Below are positions 16,292-25,174 of a DNA stretch of 64,000 nt, in pieces (position 1 is the stretch's first letter; every line of letters starts with the position of its first letter). The stretch covers positions 64,001-128,000 of IMG/VR virus record IMGVR_UViG_3300017761_003320; one strand, given 5' to 3'. Under the pieces are notes generated by a model, which saw only the letters and a list, made by a program, of their open reading frames with translations, was not told the DNA's origin and did not search any database. The position numbers and the translations under genes were made by a program. The stretch is from a virus.

Positions 16292-17252
16292 TTTTAGGCA
16301 TATTCATATCACTTGCACACGCGCATCGTTTTGTTATGCATGGCTTTGGTTCTAAATCAATAATATAATTATCATCAGTTATATTTCCTATTTTTGCATC
16401 TATACATCCAAATCCTCGAGTTATATCACCATTAGGTTTTATTCTAATTCCCATAGAACCTGCATGACATAACCAACCATTATAATCAGTATTATCTTGA
16501 GTTATAGCTTGTTCGACATCATCATAAAATGTTTTAATTCCATTTTCAGCATGTATGAATGAATCAGCTTTATGGCCAATATTCCATTCCACTATAGATT
16601 CTAACATGTCTTGAGTATAATTTGGATGATTTTTTGTTATTCCTTTTATGATATTTCTTTCTGTTCTCAATATGACTTTGATACCATGCTTTCTAAAAAA
16701 TAATGCATCTGAATATACATCATCGAATTGTGAAGGTGGTATGACTATTGTAATGATAAAATTTTTAAACATACTGGATATCTGTAGAAACTTATTCCTC
16801 TGAATTTCTATATCACCGACACTTTCTCTATGCCAGCTTGCATGTATTGTCAATACTGATAGATTTTTTGTTTTATCTTTCAAGGTGCTCCACCATTTTT
16901 CACCTTGAGTAAGATTTGTAGTTATATTCATTTTTTGCAATTTTTGTGCATTATCCAATGCATAGGATTCTACAAGTTCTAAGAAACCAGGAAAAATGGT
17001 TGGTTCACCACCAGCAAATGATAGATGAAAATTAAAAATACCTAATTTATTTATTTTGGTTTTAAGGATCGTTAATCCCAGAATCATTTTGTCAATAGGT
17101 AAGTGTTTTCTAATTTTAGTATTACAACCAGGCCAACAATATGAACAACTGTAATTGCAAAAAAGGTCTGGTATCCATTGTATTTTAAAAATTTTGTTAT
17201 TTAATAGATGTGTGCTACCTGCATAATTTTTAATTGAATCATCAAAAATCAT
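16281..17252 (-). CDS. Radical SAM protein with C-terminal Cys cluster (Twitch/SPASM-like)
   Basis: CNYSCSYC (CxxxCxxC), GGEPT, ITTNL; C-terminal CHAG...C...CITKRCAC. Confidence 0.9.
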   Translation of the reverse strand: MIFDDSIKNYAGSTHLLNNKIFKIQWIPDLFCNYSCSYCWPGCNTKIRKHLPIDKMILGLTILKTKINKLGIFNFHLSFAGGEPTIFPGFLELVESYALDNAQKLQKMNITTNLTQGEKWWSTLKDKTKNLSVLTIHASWHRESVGDIEIQRNKFLQISSMFKNFIITIVIPPSQFDDVYSDALFFRKHGIKVILRTERNIIKGITKNHPNYTQDMLESIVEWNIGHKADSFIHAENGIKTFYDDVEQAITQDNTDYNGWLCHAGSMGIRIKPNGDITRGFGCIDAKIGNITDDNYIIDLEPKPCITKRCACASDMNMPKIKN

Positions 17253-17596
17253 TTCTTAGTCGTTTCTTTGATCTCTCTTAATACATCAAGTATATCTTTA
17301 TCTTCTCGATCAAATCGTTTTAACATTCTTGCTACCATTGATAATATTGACCATGAAAAAAACCCGATAATTGCACCAGATACTAACGCCAGATCCATAT
17401 CAACTCGAAGCTCCAACATTTCTAATACTGGCATCGCGAATATAACTGCTGATCCTGTCGAAATACCAGACCGAATACATGCATCTAGCATGTTTAGTGG
17501 TTTCCAGAAGGCAAACATTGCAAGCCCTCCAAGCATACCGCCAACACCAGAGACGATCTTATGCAATAAAAAAGCCGTCGCTCCGGTGGTTGACAT
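17249..17596 (-). CDS. Holin-like membrane protein
   Basis: Three hydrophobic segments and a charged C-terminus; late promoter upstream. Confidence 0.5.
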   Translation of the reverse strand: MSTTGATAFLLHKIVSGVGGMLGGLAMFAFWKPLNMLDACIRSGISTGSAVIFAMPVLEMLELRVDMDLALVSGAIIGFFSWSILSMVARMLKRFDREDKDILDVLREIKETTKK

Positions 17597-17631
17597 TTAT
17601 GCGATAACCCTTTATAATGGATTCGATATAT

Positions 17632-17639
17632 TATTTATA
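17632..17639 (-). promoter_or_regulatory. T4-type late promoter TATAAATA
   Basis: Exact TATAAATA on the minus strand upstream of the holin-like and radical SAM genes. Confidence 0.65.
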
Positions 17640-17649
17640 GGAGACGGTT

Positions 17650-18240
17650 ATGGTAAAATTGATTGGTGTATGCGGCCTTATTGGTTCTGGTAAAGATACT
17701 ATTGCAGGCACTCTAGTGGGTATCGGCTGGCAGCAATATAGCATGGCCCGCCCACTTAAGGATATGACAGCTCAGCTATTTGGTTGGCCTCGTGATATGG
17801 TCGAAGGCTCGACCGAAGAGTCGCGAAAATGGCGAGAGCAACGTGATGACTGGTGGTCAGAACGTCTTGGTCGTGAAGTGACCCCGCGCTGGGCATTGCA
17901 GCATATTGGCACAGAGGTCATGCGCCGTAATCTACATGATGAGATTTGGGTCGCGCGCATGGAAAGATTTTATCATGAAAGCGGTGGCCATGTTGTGATT
18001 AGCGATGTTCGATTTCCAAATGAGATCGAAGCTATCCGTCGCCTTGGTGGTGAGATTTGGCATGTGCGCCGTCCACCTTTACCAACTTGGTATCGTGATG
18101 CAGCTCTTGGCCTTGAGGTGCCAGGCGTTCATATTACTGAGCGAGCCTGGATTGCAATTTCGCCAGATCGTGTTATTATCAATGATAAGGACATAGATAG
18201 CCTTCGGAAAGAAGTACTTAAAGCTGTTGGCACAGTTTGA
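17650..18240 (+). CDS. Deoxynucleoside monophosphate kinase (T4 gp1-like)
   Basis: GLIGSGKDT P-loop; LQHIGTEV and ISDVRFPNE motifs. Confidence 0.92.
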   Translation: MVKLIGVCGLIGSGKDTIAGTLVGIGWQQYSMARPLKDMTAQLFGWPRDMVEGSTEESRKWREQRDDWWSERLGREVTPRWALQHIGTEVMRRNLHDEIWVARMERFYHESGGHVVISDVRFPNEIEAIRRLGGEIWHVRRPPLPTWYRDAALGLEVPGVHITERAWIAISPDRVIINDKDIDSLRKEVLKAVGTV

Positions 18241-18259
18241 TTTGTGATATAATATTGTT

Positions 18260-18865
18260 ATGAACAGATTCATTTTATCCGAAGATCCTGGTATCGCGGC
18301 TCTAATGCATTGCGATAAGCATGTTGTCAAGATGATCCTCGAAGAGGCTCAGATGCTATGCACGGCCCATCGTGTGCTTGATGGTACCATGGTCATTGGG
18401 GAAAAATACGTGGAAGGTTCTTTGCCTGCACGTTTTCGTAAAGTCAAGCACTGGGTGCATCCTAATCCAGACCTCGATCGTATTCTCTATAAGGCTACAC
18501 ATATCAATCATCCATGTGCTATCTGGTCACGTGTATGTCGTGATAATTACCTATGGGGTTACGAACTTCTGGAAAGCTTATGTGAAGAATATACACATCG
18601 CTATGGTAAGAAGCACGCGACTGAAGGTAAGCTATTGAAGGCTCTATCAAATGCGCCACACAATATTCAATATGGTCTGAATATGACAGAGTTTCCACAA
18701 GCGATGCCTGATGATTGCAAGCGACCAAATGCTGTCGAAGGCTATCGTCAATATTACATTGAACACAAAGCACGTTTTGCTAAGTGGACTAATCGTACTA
18801 TGCCGCATTGGTGGCCTAACCAGATAAATATCCCTAACAAAGAGGACCTAGATGCCAACTTATAA
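18260..18865 (+). CDS. Pyrimidine-dimer DNA glycosylase-like (DenV superfamily) protein
   Basis: HCDKHVVKMILE, LYKATHINHPC, EYTHRYGKKH and PQAMPD motifs. Confidence 0.7.
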   Translation: MNRFILSEDPGIAALMHCDKHVVKMILEEAQMLCTAHRVLDGTMVIGEKYVEGSLPARFRKVKHWVHPNPDLDRILYKATHINHPCAIWSRVCRDNYLWGYELLESLCEEYTHRYGKKHATEGKLLKALSNAPHNIQYGLNMTEFPQAMPDDCKRPNAVEGYRQYYIEHKARFAKWTNRTMPHWWPNQINIPNKEDLDANL

Positions 18866-19085
18866 CATCGAAGATACTACGACAGGCACGGTAGTCACAG
18901 AGATGATGACCATCGCTGAGATGGAACAGCATCTCAAAGACAATCCTCACAAGAGGTTAGTAATCGGTTTCCCTAAGATTGTATCTGGGGTCGATTCTAA
19001 GCATAATAAACCATCAGAAGGCTTCCGTGACCTTCTGAAAACCATCAAAAAGCACAATCGAGGGTCAACCATGAACACGTGGTGA
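18852..19085 (+). CDS. Conserved T4-like small protein (FmdB-like, MPTY start)
   Basis: MPTY...EMEQHLKDNPH...GFRDLLKTIKK; usual position upstream of phoH. Confidence 0.7.
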   Translation: MPTYNIEDTTTGTVVTEMMTIAEMEQHLKDNPHKRLVIGFPKIVSGVDSKHNKPSEGFRDLLKTIKKHNRGSTMNTW

Positions 19086-19126
19086 CCCATTTTTTGCTAT
19101 GATAACCCTAACCGTGGGAGTAGCAC

Positions 19127-19912
19127 ATGGGTTTTGCACAAACTGCCGCTATCGAAAATGAATTTTTACCTGATTTCCTGACTCGAACACAAAAGAAACG
19201 CCTAAAACGGCAGGCCCGACAAGAAAAAACCGCAAGCAAACCCCAAAATTGTAATTTTTCCATGCAACTCCCACGAATTAATCCACTTACCGCAGGCCAG
19301 GCTCGAACTTTTTCAGCCTTTGATGATGATAAAAACCTAATTCTTCATGGTGTGGCCGGTACTGGTAAGACTTATATCTCACTTTATCTTGCACTCAGAT
19401 CGGTTTTGAGTGGAGAAGCACCAAAACCAGTAGTCATAATTCGTTCTGTAGTCCCTACACGCGATATAGGCTTCTTACCCGGCTCACAAAAAGAGAAATC
19501 GGCTGTTTATGAGGAGCCATATGTAGCTATATGCAATGAGATGTTTGGTCGTAGCACCGCTTATGACACACTAAAGCGCGATGGTACGGTACAATTCGCT
19601 ACTACATCATTCTTGCGCGGCCTTACATTCCGAGATAATATAGTAATTGTCGATGAATGTCAGAATATGACCTTTCATGAGCTGGATTCGGTCATTACAC
19701 GCATGGGAACCGGTTGTAGGGTAATCTTTTGTGGTGATTTTCGTCAGAGTGACCTCTGGCGAAACGACGAGCGGGAAGGATTGCACCGCTTTATGTCGGT
19801 CATAAATCATATGCGTAGCTTCGCGCGCGTAGAATTTACTAAAGATGATATTGTTAGGTCTGCTTTGGTGAAAGAATATATTGAGGCGAAGTTGGAAGAA
19901 GGAATTGTGTGA
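19127..19912 (+). CDS. phoH: PhoH family ATPase
   Basis: GVAGTGKT, IGFLPG, FLRGLTF, IVDECQN, GDFRQSD and DIVRS motifs. Confidence 0.95.
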   Translation: MGFAQTAAIENEFLPDFLTRTQKKRLKRQARQEKTASKPQNCNFSMQLPRINPLTAGQARTFSAFDDDKNLILHGVAGTGKTYISLYLALRSVLSGEAPKPVVIIRSVVPTRDIGFLPGSQKEKSAVYEEPYVAICNEMFGRSTAYDTLKRDGTVQFATTSFLRGLTFRDNIVIVDECQNMTFHELDSVITRMGTGCRVIFCGDFRQSDLWRNDEREGLHRFMSVINHMRSFARVEFTKDDIVRSALVKEYIEAKLEEGIV

Positions 19913-20571
19913 GATTTCATAATGAGCTGGTAAATTTACCAGAGCTAACTGCAACACAAACAGAGCATGGCCGCATGTATAATGTACCTGGCGGCCATGC
20001 CTATCCTTCTATCACTACCGTCTTGGGTGCTAGACCTGAAAAGAAAAAGATCATAGCTGAATGGCGCGCACGAGTCGGCGAACAAGAAGCAAATAAGGTA
20101 TCAGCACAAGCATCTCGTCGCGGAACTTCCATTCATAAGATGATGGAAGACTGGATTACTGGTGAACCTATCACTGGTGGTATGGTTGACCGTGAGATGT
20201 TTGCTACCATGCATCCATATGTGGATAAGCATCTACAGACTGTCTATGCTCTAGAGGCCCCTTTGTATTCTCATAAACTAGGTGTGGCTGGCAGATGTGA
20301 TTTGGTGGGTAAATGGGCTGGTGTCAATTGTATTATTGACTTCAAAACATCAAAACGGCTAAAAAGCGAAGAACATATAGACAATTACCTTCTTCAGGCC
20401 ACAGCTTATTCGATCATGTTTGAGGAATTGACTAGCACCATCATACCAGGTATTGTGATATTGATTGGTGTTGATGGTGAACCTAAACCTCAGATGTTTT
20501 GTAGGTTTCGTGCCAAATATGTCGACCAGCTATACGGTGTGATAGCCGACTATTATCAAAATAGCCGTTGA
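19909..20571 (+). CDS. PD-(D/E)xK exonuclease
   Basis: YPSITTVL, RGTSIH, AGRCD, IIDFKTS and QATAY motifs. Confidence 0.88.
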   Translation: MRFHNELVNLPELTATQTEHGRMYNVPGGHAYPSITTVLGARPEKKKIIAEWRARVGEQEANKVSAQASRRGTSIHKMMEDWITGEPITGGMVDREMFATMHPYVDKHLQTVYALEAPLYSHKLGVAGRCDLVGKWAGVNCIIDFKTSKRLKSEEHIDNYLLQATAYSIMFEELTSTIIPGIVILIGVDGEPKPQMFCRFRAKYVDQLYGVIADYYQNSR

Positions 20572-20598
20572 CTTTATAAACATAACCCTGTATAAGTA
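20568..20598 (+). promoter_or_regulatory. Promoter of tmRNA
   Basis: TTGACT-17-TATAAG(TA). Confidence 0.65.
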
Positions 20599-20602
20599 GT
20601 AT

Positions 20603-20836
20603 TGTCATCGTTGATGGCGACAGAATAGATGTCACGGACCGCGGGGCGGCACCGCGCAGCTCCACCATTCATGGGGCTGAAATAGATATCGACGTGCATG
20701 GTAAAGGTTGACCGGAGATGACGGCTAGCGGCCTAACCGCTATTGATAAGTGCCAATGATAACGGCTTTGCCGTCGCACTCGCTGCCTAATAGGTAAGCG
20801 CGGTTTGGGGAGCACCGGGCAACATAAGCTCCCCAC
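20603..20836 (+). ncRNA. ssrA: Circularly permuted two-piece tmRNA
   Basis: Acceptor piece ends CAGCTCC-ACCA (20667); 5-nt spacer; coding piece starts GGGGCTG (20673) giving G3.U70; tag ANDNGFAVALAA-stop at 20752-20790; closing hairpin. Outer boundaries approximate. Confidence 0.92.
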
Positions 20837-20888
20837 CTGACTCTCATGATTACATGATGCCAGGATCAACAACAGAAGGATAATACCC

Positions 20889-21479
20889 TTGTCGGAAAGG
20901 ATATTAAGCGTCGCCTTGGGCGCGCTGATTGGTGCGGTATTGACCGCTTTTGCCATTGATATGGTTCATAGGGCGGATGCAGCTCCAGTCCAACCTGTCA
21001 TAGTGCAACAATATCACGGTGAACCAACCGTAAATGTATCGCTCTCAATTAATGATTTGGAGCTTGATATAACTTCACCAGATTTTGATATTGTAACATT
21101 GAGTCAAGCAGACATGCATTGTCTGGCCCACGCTATATACTATGAAGCGCGTGGTGAAAGATATGTTGGCATGTTAGCAGTGGCTAATGTTATTATGAAT
21201 AGGGTTTCAGACCCAGATTATCCGAAGTCCGTATGCGAAGTTACGCGCCAAAGGACTCGAACCACATGTCAATTTGAATATTATTGCAAAGTAGGCAATA
21301 GAATCCCACGTCATGATGACCCTCAGTGGCAGATGGCAAATGATCTAGCATTTCAAGTCATGTCAGGTAATGTTCCAGACCTCACCGATGGTGCGACTCG
21401 CTTTCATGCCATATCAGGATCGGCTGGCCATACCAGAAATGCAATCAGAATAGGATCTCACCTTTTCTATAGGAGATAA
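20889..21479 (+). CDS. Cell wall hydrolase, SleB/Hydrolase_2 family, N-terminal anchor
   Basis: CLAHAIYYEARGE, AVANVIMNRV, CQF, TDGATRFH and IGSHLFY motifs. Confidence 0.92.
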   Translation: MSERILSVALGALIGAVLTAFAIDMVHRADAAPVQPVIVQQYHGEPTVNVSLSINDLELDITSPDFDIVTLSQADMHCLAHAIYYEARGERYVGMLAVANVIMNRVSDPDYPKSVCEVTRQRTRTTCQFEYYCKVGNRIPRHDDPQWQMANDLAFQVMSGNVPDLTDGATRFHAISGSAGHTRNAIRIGSHLFYRR

Positions 21480-21480
21480 A

Positions 21481-22299
21481 ATGTCATTTTTTTATGATGG
21501 ATGTCGTAATGAAGCAAGGCTTAGTGTAATAGCTGGGCCTTGCATATTTGAATCGAAAGAACATGCGCTTGATATGGCAGGTTCGTTAAAAGAAATATGT
21601 GCCTCACTTGATGTAAATTTTATCTACAAGACATCTTTTGATAAGGCTAATCGCACTAGCAGTCTATCTTATCGAGGTGTAGGATTTGATGAAGCCTATT
21701 ACGGTATGAATGCAGTTAGAGAGGTTCTTGGTATCGAAGTTCTCACCGATGTTCATGAAGCATGGCAATGTGGATCTGTAGCAGCCGATATATTACAGAT
21801 TCCCGCATTTTTATGTCGGCAGACTGATCTTCTTAAAGCTGCGGCTGAGACTGGTAAGCCTGTAAATGTGAAGAAAGGTCAGTTTCTATCTCCGAAAGAG
21901 ATGGTTAATATTGTCGCAAAGCTGGAATCATTTGGTTGCAATAAGGTAATGCAGACTGAGCGTGGCACAACATTTGGTTATAATAATCTTGTGGTTGATA
22001 TGAGAAGCCTAGAGCTTATGCGTGCTAATACTCCTGCTAATTATCCTGTCATAATGGATTGCACTCATGCAGTGCAATCGCCAGGTGGATATGATACATC
22101 ATCCGGTGGTGATCGTGACATGGTACCTGCGATTGCTCGTGCGGCCGTGGCTGTTGGTGTAGCTGGTGTGTTCATGGAAGTTCATCAGGATCCTGATAAT
22201 GCTCCATGCGATGGTCCTAATATGCTTCACTTAGCCAAATTTCGCCCTGTACTTGAGAAGCTACTTGAGATAGACTATGTTGTGAAGAAAGGAGCTTGA
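21481..22299 (+). CDS. kdsA: KDO-8-phosphate synthase
   Basis: IAGPC, SFDKANRTS, QIPAFLCRQTDL, NVKKGQF, ERGTTFGYNNLVVD and DCTHAVQ motifs. Confidence 0.96.
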   Translation: MSFFYDGCRNEARLSVIAGPCIFESKEHALDMAGSLKEICASLDVNFIYKTSFDKANRTSSLSYRGVGFDEAYYGMNAVREVLGIEVLTDVHEAWQCGSVAADILQIPAFLCRQTDLLKAAAETGKPVNVKKGQFLSPKEMVNIVAKLESFGCNKVMQTERGTTFGYNNLVVDMRSLELMRANTPANYPVIMDCTHAVQSPGGYDTSSGGDRDMVPAIARAAVAVGVAGVFMEVHQDPDNAPCDGPNMLHLAKFRPVLEKLLEIDYVVKKGA

Positions 22300-22301
22300 A
22301 T

Positions 22302-22679
22302 ATGAAACTAGGTAAAATTTGGGGTGATACTGAAGATTTGTTTACCAGCCCTAATGTAGAGGTGCATCGCATCAATACAAAGGCAGGCTTTCGGTGTTCA
22401 CTTCATAGTCATCAACATCGTTGGAATGGATTCTATGTGATTAGTGGTATCATTGAAATCCACACTGAAAAGCAATATGGTTTGACAGATGTGACTGTGC
22501 TGCGGCCGGGCGATTTCACTGCGGTGCCACCAAATGAGGTGCATTGTTTTGTATGCACGCAAGATGCTCAGGCGCTTGAAATCTATTGGCCGCAGCATAT
22601 GGAATCGATTGATATTGTGCGTAAAGATGTTGGTGGAATGATTCAAGGTCTCATTAAGGTACCAGATGATGCAGCCTGA
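22302..22679 (+). CDS. Cupin-domain protein (sugar isomerase-like)
   Basis: KIWG, CSLHSH...N.FYVISG and PPNEVH cupin motifs; AAGGAG RBS before 22302. Confidence 0.75.
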   Translation: MKLGKIWGDTEDLFTSPNVEVHRINTKAGFRCSLHSHQHRWNGFYVISGIIEIHTEKQYGLTDVTVLRPGDFTAVPPNEVHCFVCTQDAQALEIYWPQHMESIDIVRKDVGGMIQGLIKVPDDAA

Positions 22680-22908
22680 GTTATCAATTATGTCTCAGGA
22701 TAAATTCATTTCGACAATCGAACGTATCGTTATCGAAAAGAATATGTCATACCTAGATGCTATCATGCATGTATGCGAATCTGTTGGCATTGAAGTTGAG
22801 ATGGTTCCACGTTTGATTACACCTCGCATCAAAAAGATATTGACAAGCGAGGCTAATGAATTGAATTTACTAAAACGTCGTGCTAATGAGCCAAGATTGC
22901 CTATCTAA
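22666..22908 (+). CDS. Late transcription coactivator (T4 gp33-like)
   Basis: IERIV...SYLDAI...EANELNLLK...LPI; synteny with gp59 and gp32. Confidence 0.85.
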   Translation: MMQPELSIMSQDKFISTIERIVIEKNMSYLDAIMHVCESVGIEVEMVPRLITPRIKKILTSEANELNLLKRRANEPRLPI

Positions 22909-23516
22909 TGAAGATTAAAGTTGAAAACATAGTCGATATGGTGCGACCGAAAACTGTAGTGCATGTAGGTGCATCTACTGGTTCTGAGGTTAGACACTAT
23001 CTCGATTCTGGTGTAGAAACATTGCATCTAATCGAGCCTTTGCCTGATGTATGTGAACAGCTTGTTAATACATGGGGCCATCAACATCCGCGAATTATCT
23101 TCTGGCAATGTGCTTGTCTGGATAAAGAGGGTGAAGTTGAATTTCATGTTGCAGCAAATGAAGGTATGTCATCTAGCATATATGGCAAACCTAATCTTGA
23201 TATGCATAACTGCGAATTTATTGATAAGATCACTGTACCTGCATGTCAACTTGATGATTTGGGTTATATCGCAAGCCTTGAAGTCGACTTGCTTGTGGTT
23301 GATGCACAAGGTAGCGAAGATCGAGTATTTGCTGGCGCTACAAAGACATTAGCCAATACAAAATATGTGTTTACCGAAGCTAGTAGAATTCCTTTGTATG
23401 AGGGGGCTTGCACTTTTCAAGATATTTGCACAATTTTGTCAGATAGATTCGATCTGGTTGAAACCTATTTCAATGAAAGAGGAACGGGAGACGCCCTGTT
23501 TAAATGGAAGGAATGA
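22908..23516 (+). CDS. FkbM-family methyltransferase
   Basis: VHVGASTG, IEP, SSS and LLVVDAQGSE motifs. Confidence 0.85.
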   Translation: MKIKVENIVDMVRPKTVVHVGASTGSEVRHYLDSGVETLHLIEPLPDVCEQLVNTWGHQHPRIIFWQCACLDKEGEVEFHVAANEGMSSSIYGKPNLDMHNCEFIDKITVPACQLDDLGYIASLEVDLLVVDAQGSEDRVFAGATKTLANTKYVFTEASRIPLYEGACTFQDICTILSDRFDLVETYFNERGTGDALFKWKE

Positions 23517-24097
23517 AAGCCTACCAAGAATATGTCGCGTTGAAGCTACACTTCACGCAAGATAGGTATGATTATTTCAAATATATGGGTAAGACACGTT
23601 CAATTAGCGAAAGTGCATTTGAAATCAGAAAAGATGTATTTCATTTTCGCAAACTGGAACGTAGATATAAAGATGATCTGACTAATTTTTATGTCGCAAA
23701 CATGTCTAGAGGTAAAGGCATCAAGTGGGTTGGTGATTTGATCACACTAGAGGCCGAAAAAACTTATATCGATTGGAAACGGCATATGGAATCTATCTCT
23801 TATATGTTTAAACAAGATATGCAAATCATAGCTGATTCATATCAGGATGTTAATAAAGCATGGCAGAGTAATGGTGAGCATCCTGAGGTGCTTCGACTGC
23901 ATCTTGGTGATAAAGTGAAGCTTGAGAGTTTGATATTGGCTGATAGAGTTTTGGGATTTCATCAAGCATGGGATGCACGTATTCAAGACACGATCATCTG
24001 GCCTGATGTGTCTCGCAAAATGAGAAAATATGGACCCTTTGTTAAAGCCGATGCATCTATTTTGAAGAAAACCATGCGTCAAGTGTTTATTTCTTGA
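23504..24097 (+). CDS. Helicase loader (T4 gp59-like)
   Basis: YVALKLHFTQDRYDYFKY; synteny upstream of gp32. Confidence 0.88.
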   Translation: MEGMKAYQEYVALKLHFTQDRYDYFKYMGKTRSISESAFEIRKDVFHFRKLERRYKDDLTNFYVANMSRGKGIKWVGDLITLEAEKTYIDWKRHMESISYMFKQDMQIIADSYQDVNKAWQSNGEHPEVLRLHLGDKVKLESLILADRVLGFHQAWDARIQDTIIWPDVSRKMRKYGPFVKADASILKKTMRQVFIS

Positions 24098-24193
24098 CAC
24101 AGGCCGTTCGACATGATATAAGTAGATGTGTGGTCATGCTCGAAGTGAAATACAAGACACACAAAATATACAAAACATACGGAGAATATACAA
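24094..24193 (+). promoter_or_regulatory. gp32 promoter and A/C-rich unstructured leader (probable autogenous operator)
   Basis: TTGACA-17-TATAAG; leader AAATACAAGACACACAAAATATACAAAACATAC before the GGAG RBS, as in T4 gene 32 autoregulation. Confidence 0.6.
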
Positions 24194-25138
24194 ATGACTA
24201 ATGACTTCGCTTCATTGAAGCGTTCTTCCACCAATAATCTGGATCGCCTTACTAAGGAGATCGGTAAGCTAGCAGGTGGCACCAATCAACGCGAATCCGA
24301 TGACCGTTTTTGGCAACCCGAGGTTGACAAGGCTGGTAATGGTTATGCGGTGATTCGTTTTCTTCCTGCTGCTAAGGGTGAGGATCTTCCCTGGGTTCGT
24401 ATTTGGTCGCATGGGTTTCAAGGCCCAGGTGGTTGGTATATCGAAAACTCTCTGACGACTCTTGGTCAGAAAGATCCAGTGGCCGAATTAAACTCTAAGC
24501 TGTGGAATAGCGGTAGTGATAAGGACAAGGAAATCGCTCGTAAACAAAAGCGGCGCCTTTCTTATATTGCTAACATCTATGTTGTCAAGGATCCTGCGAA
24601 TCCTCAAAATGAGGGTAAGGTCAAGCTGTTCAAGTTTGGTAAGAAGATTTTTGACAAGATCAATGAGATGATGACACCTCAGTTTGAAGATGAGAAGGCC
24701 GTCAATCCCTTCGATTTCTGGGCTGGTGCGAATTTCAAGCTGAAGATTCGCAACGTCGAGGGCTATCGTAATTATGACAAGTCAGAATTTGATCGTTCTG
24801 AACCTCTGTCTGATAATGATAGTGATCTTGAGAATATCTGGGCTTCGCAGCATAAGCTTCAAGCTTTTATTGCACCAGATCAATTCAAGACTTATGAAGA
24901 ATTAAAGACTCGCCTTGAACGTGTATTGAATGAGGCTGCTCCTCGTCGTGCATCAAATGATGAAGATAGTGAACGTGAGGAACGATCTGCATCACGCGCT
25001 TCAGCCGAGCCTAAGACTCGGAGTACTCTTGTAGAAACTCTTCCTAAGGCAGCTAGCGCCGGCGCTGGTGCTTCGGCCCGTCCACCATGGGAAGGTGATG
25101 ATATCAGCTTGTTTGAACGACTGGCTGAGGAAGATTAA
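24194..25138 (+). CDS. Single-stranded DNA-binding protein (T4 gp32-like)
   Basis: DDRFW, GNGYAVIRFLP, WYIENSLTT, GKKIFDKI and NYDKSEF motifs; acidic tail. Confidence 0.97.
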   Translation: MTNDFASLKRSSTNNLDRLTKEIGKLAGGTNQRESDDRFWQPEVDKAGNGYAVIRFLPAAKGEDLPWVRIWSHGFQGPGGWYIENSLTTLGQKDPVAELNSKLWNSGSDKDKEIARKQKRRLSYIANIYVVKDPANPQNEGKVKLFKFGKKIFDKINEMMTPQFEDEKAVNPFDFWAGANFKLKIRNVEGYRNYDKSEFDRSEPLSDNDSDLENIWASQHKLQAFIAPDQFKTYEELKTRLERVLNEAAPRRASNDEDSEREERSASRASAEPKTRSTLVETLPKAASAGAGASARPPWEGDDISLFERLAEED

Positions 25139-25144
25139 AATATT

Positions 25145-25174
25145 AAGGCGGGAGAAATTTCTCCCGCCTTTTTT
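25145..25174. terminator. Rho-independent terminator between convergent genes
   Basis: AAGGCGGGAG-AAATTT-CTCCCGCCTT-TTTT. Confidence 0.9.

Noticed and set aside
19909-20571. Cas4-like nuclease suggesting CRISPR adaptation
   Set aside because: Standard T4-like exonuclease next to phoH; no Fe-S Cys set, array or cas1
20669-20956. Minus-strand 95-aa ORF (and neighbouring 20483-20668)
   Set aside because: Antisense to the tmRNA, which explains the sequence
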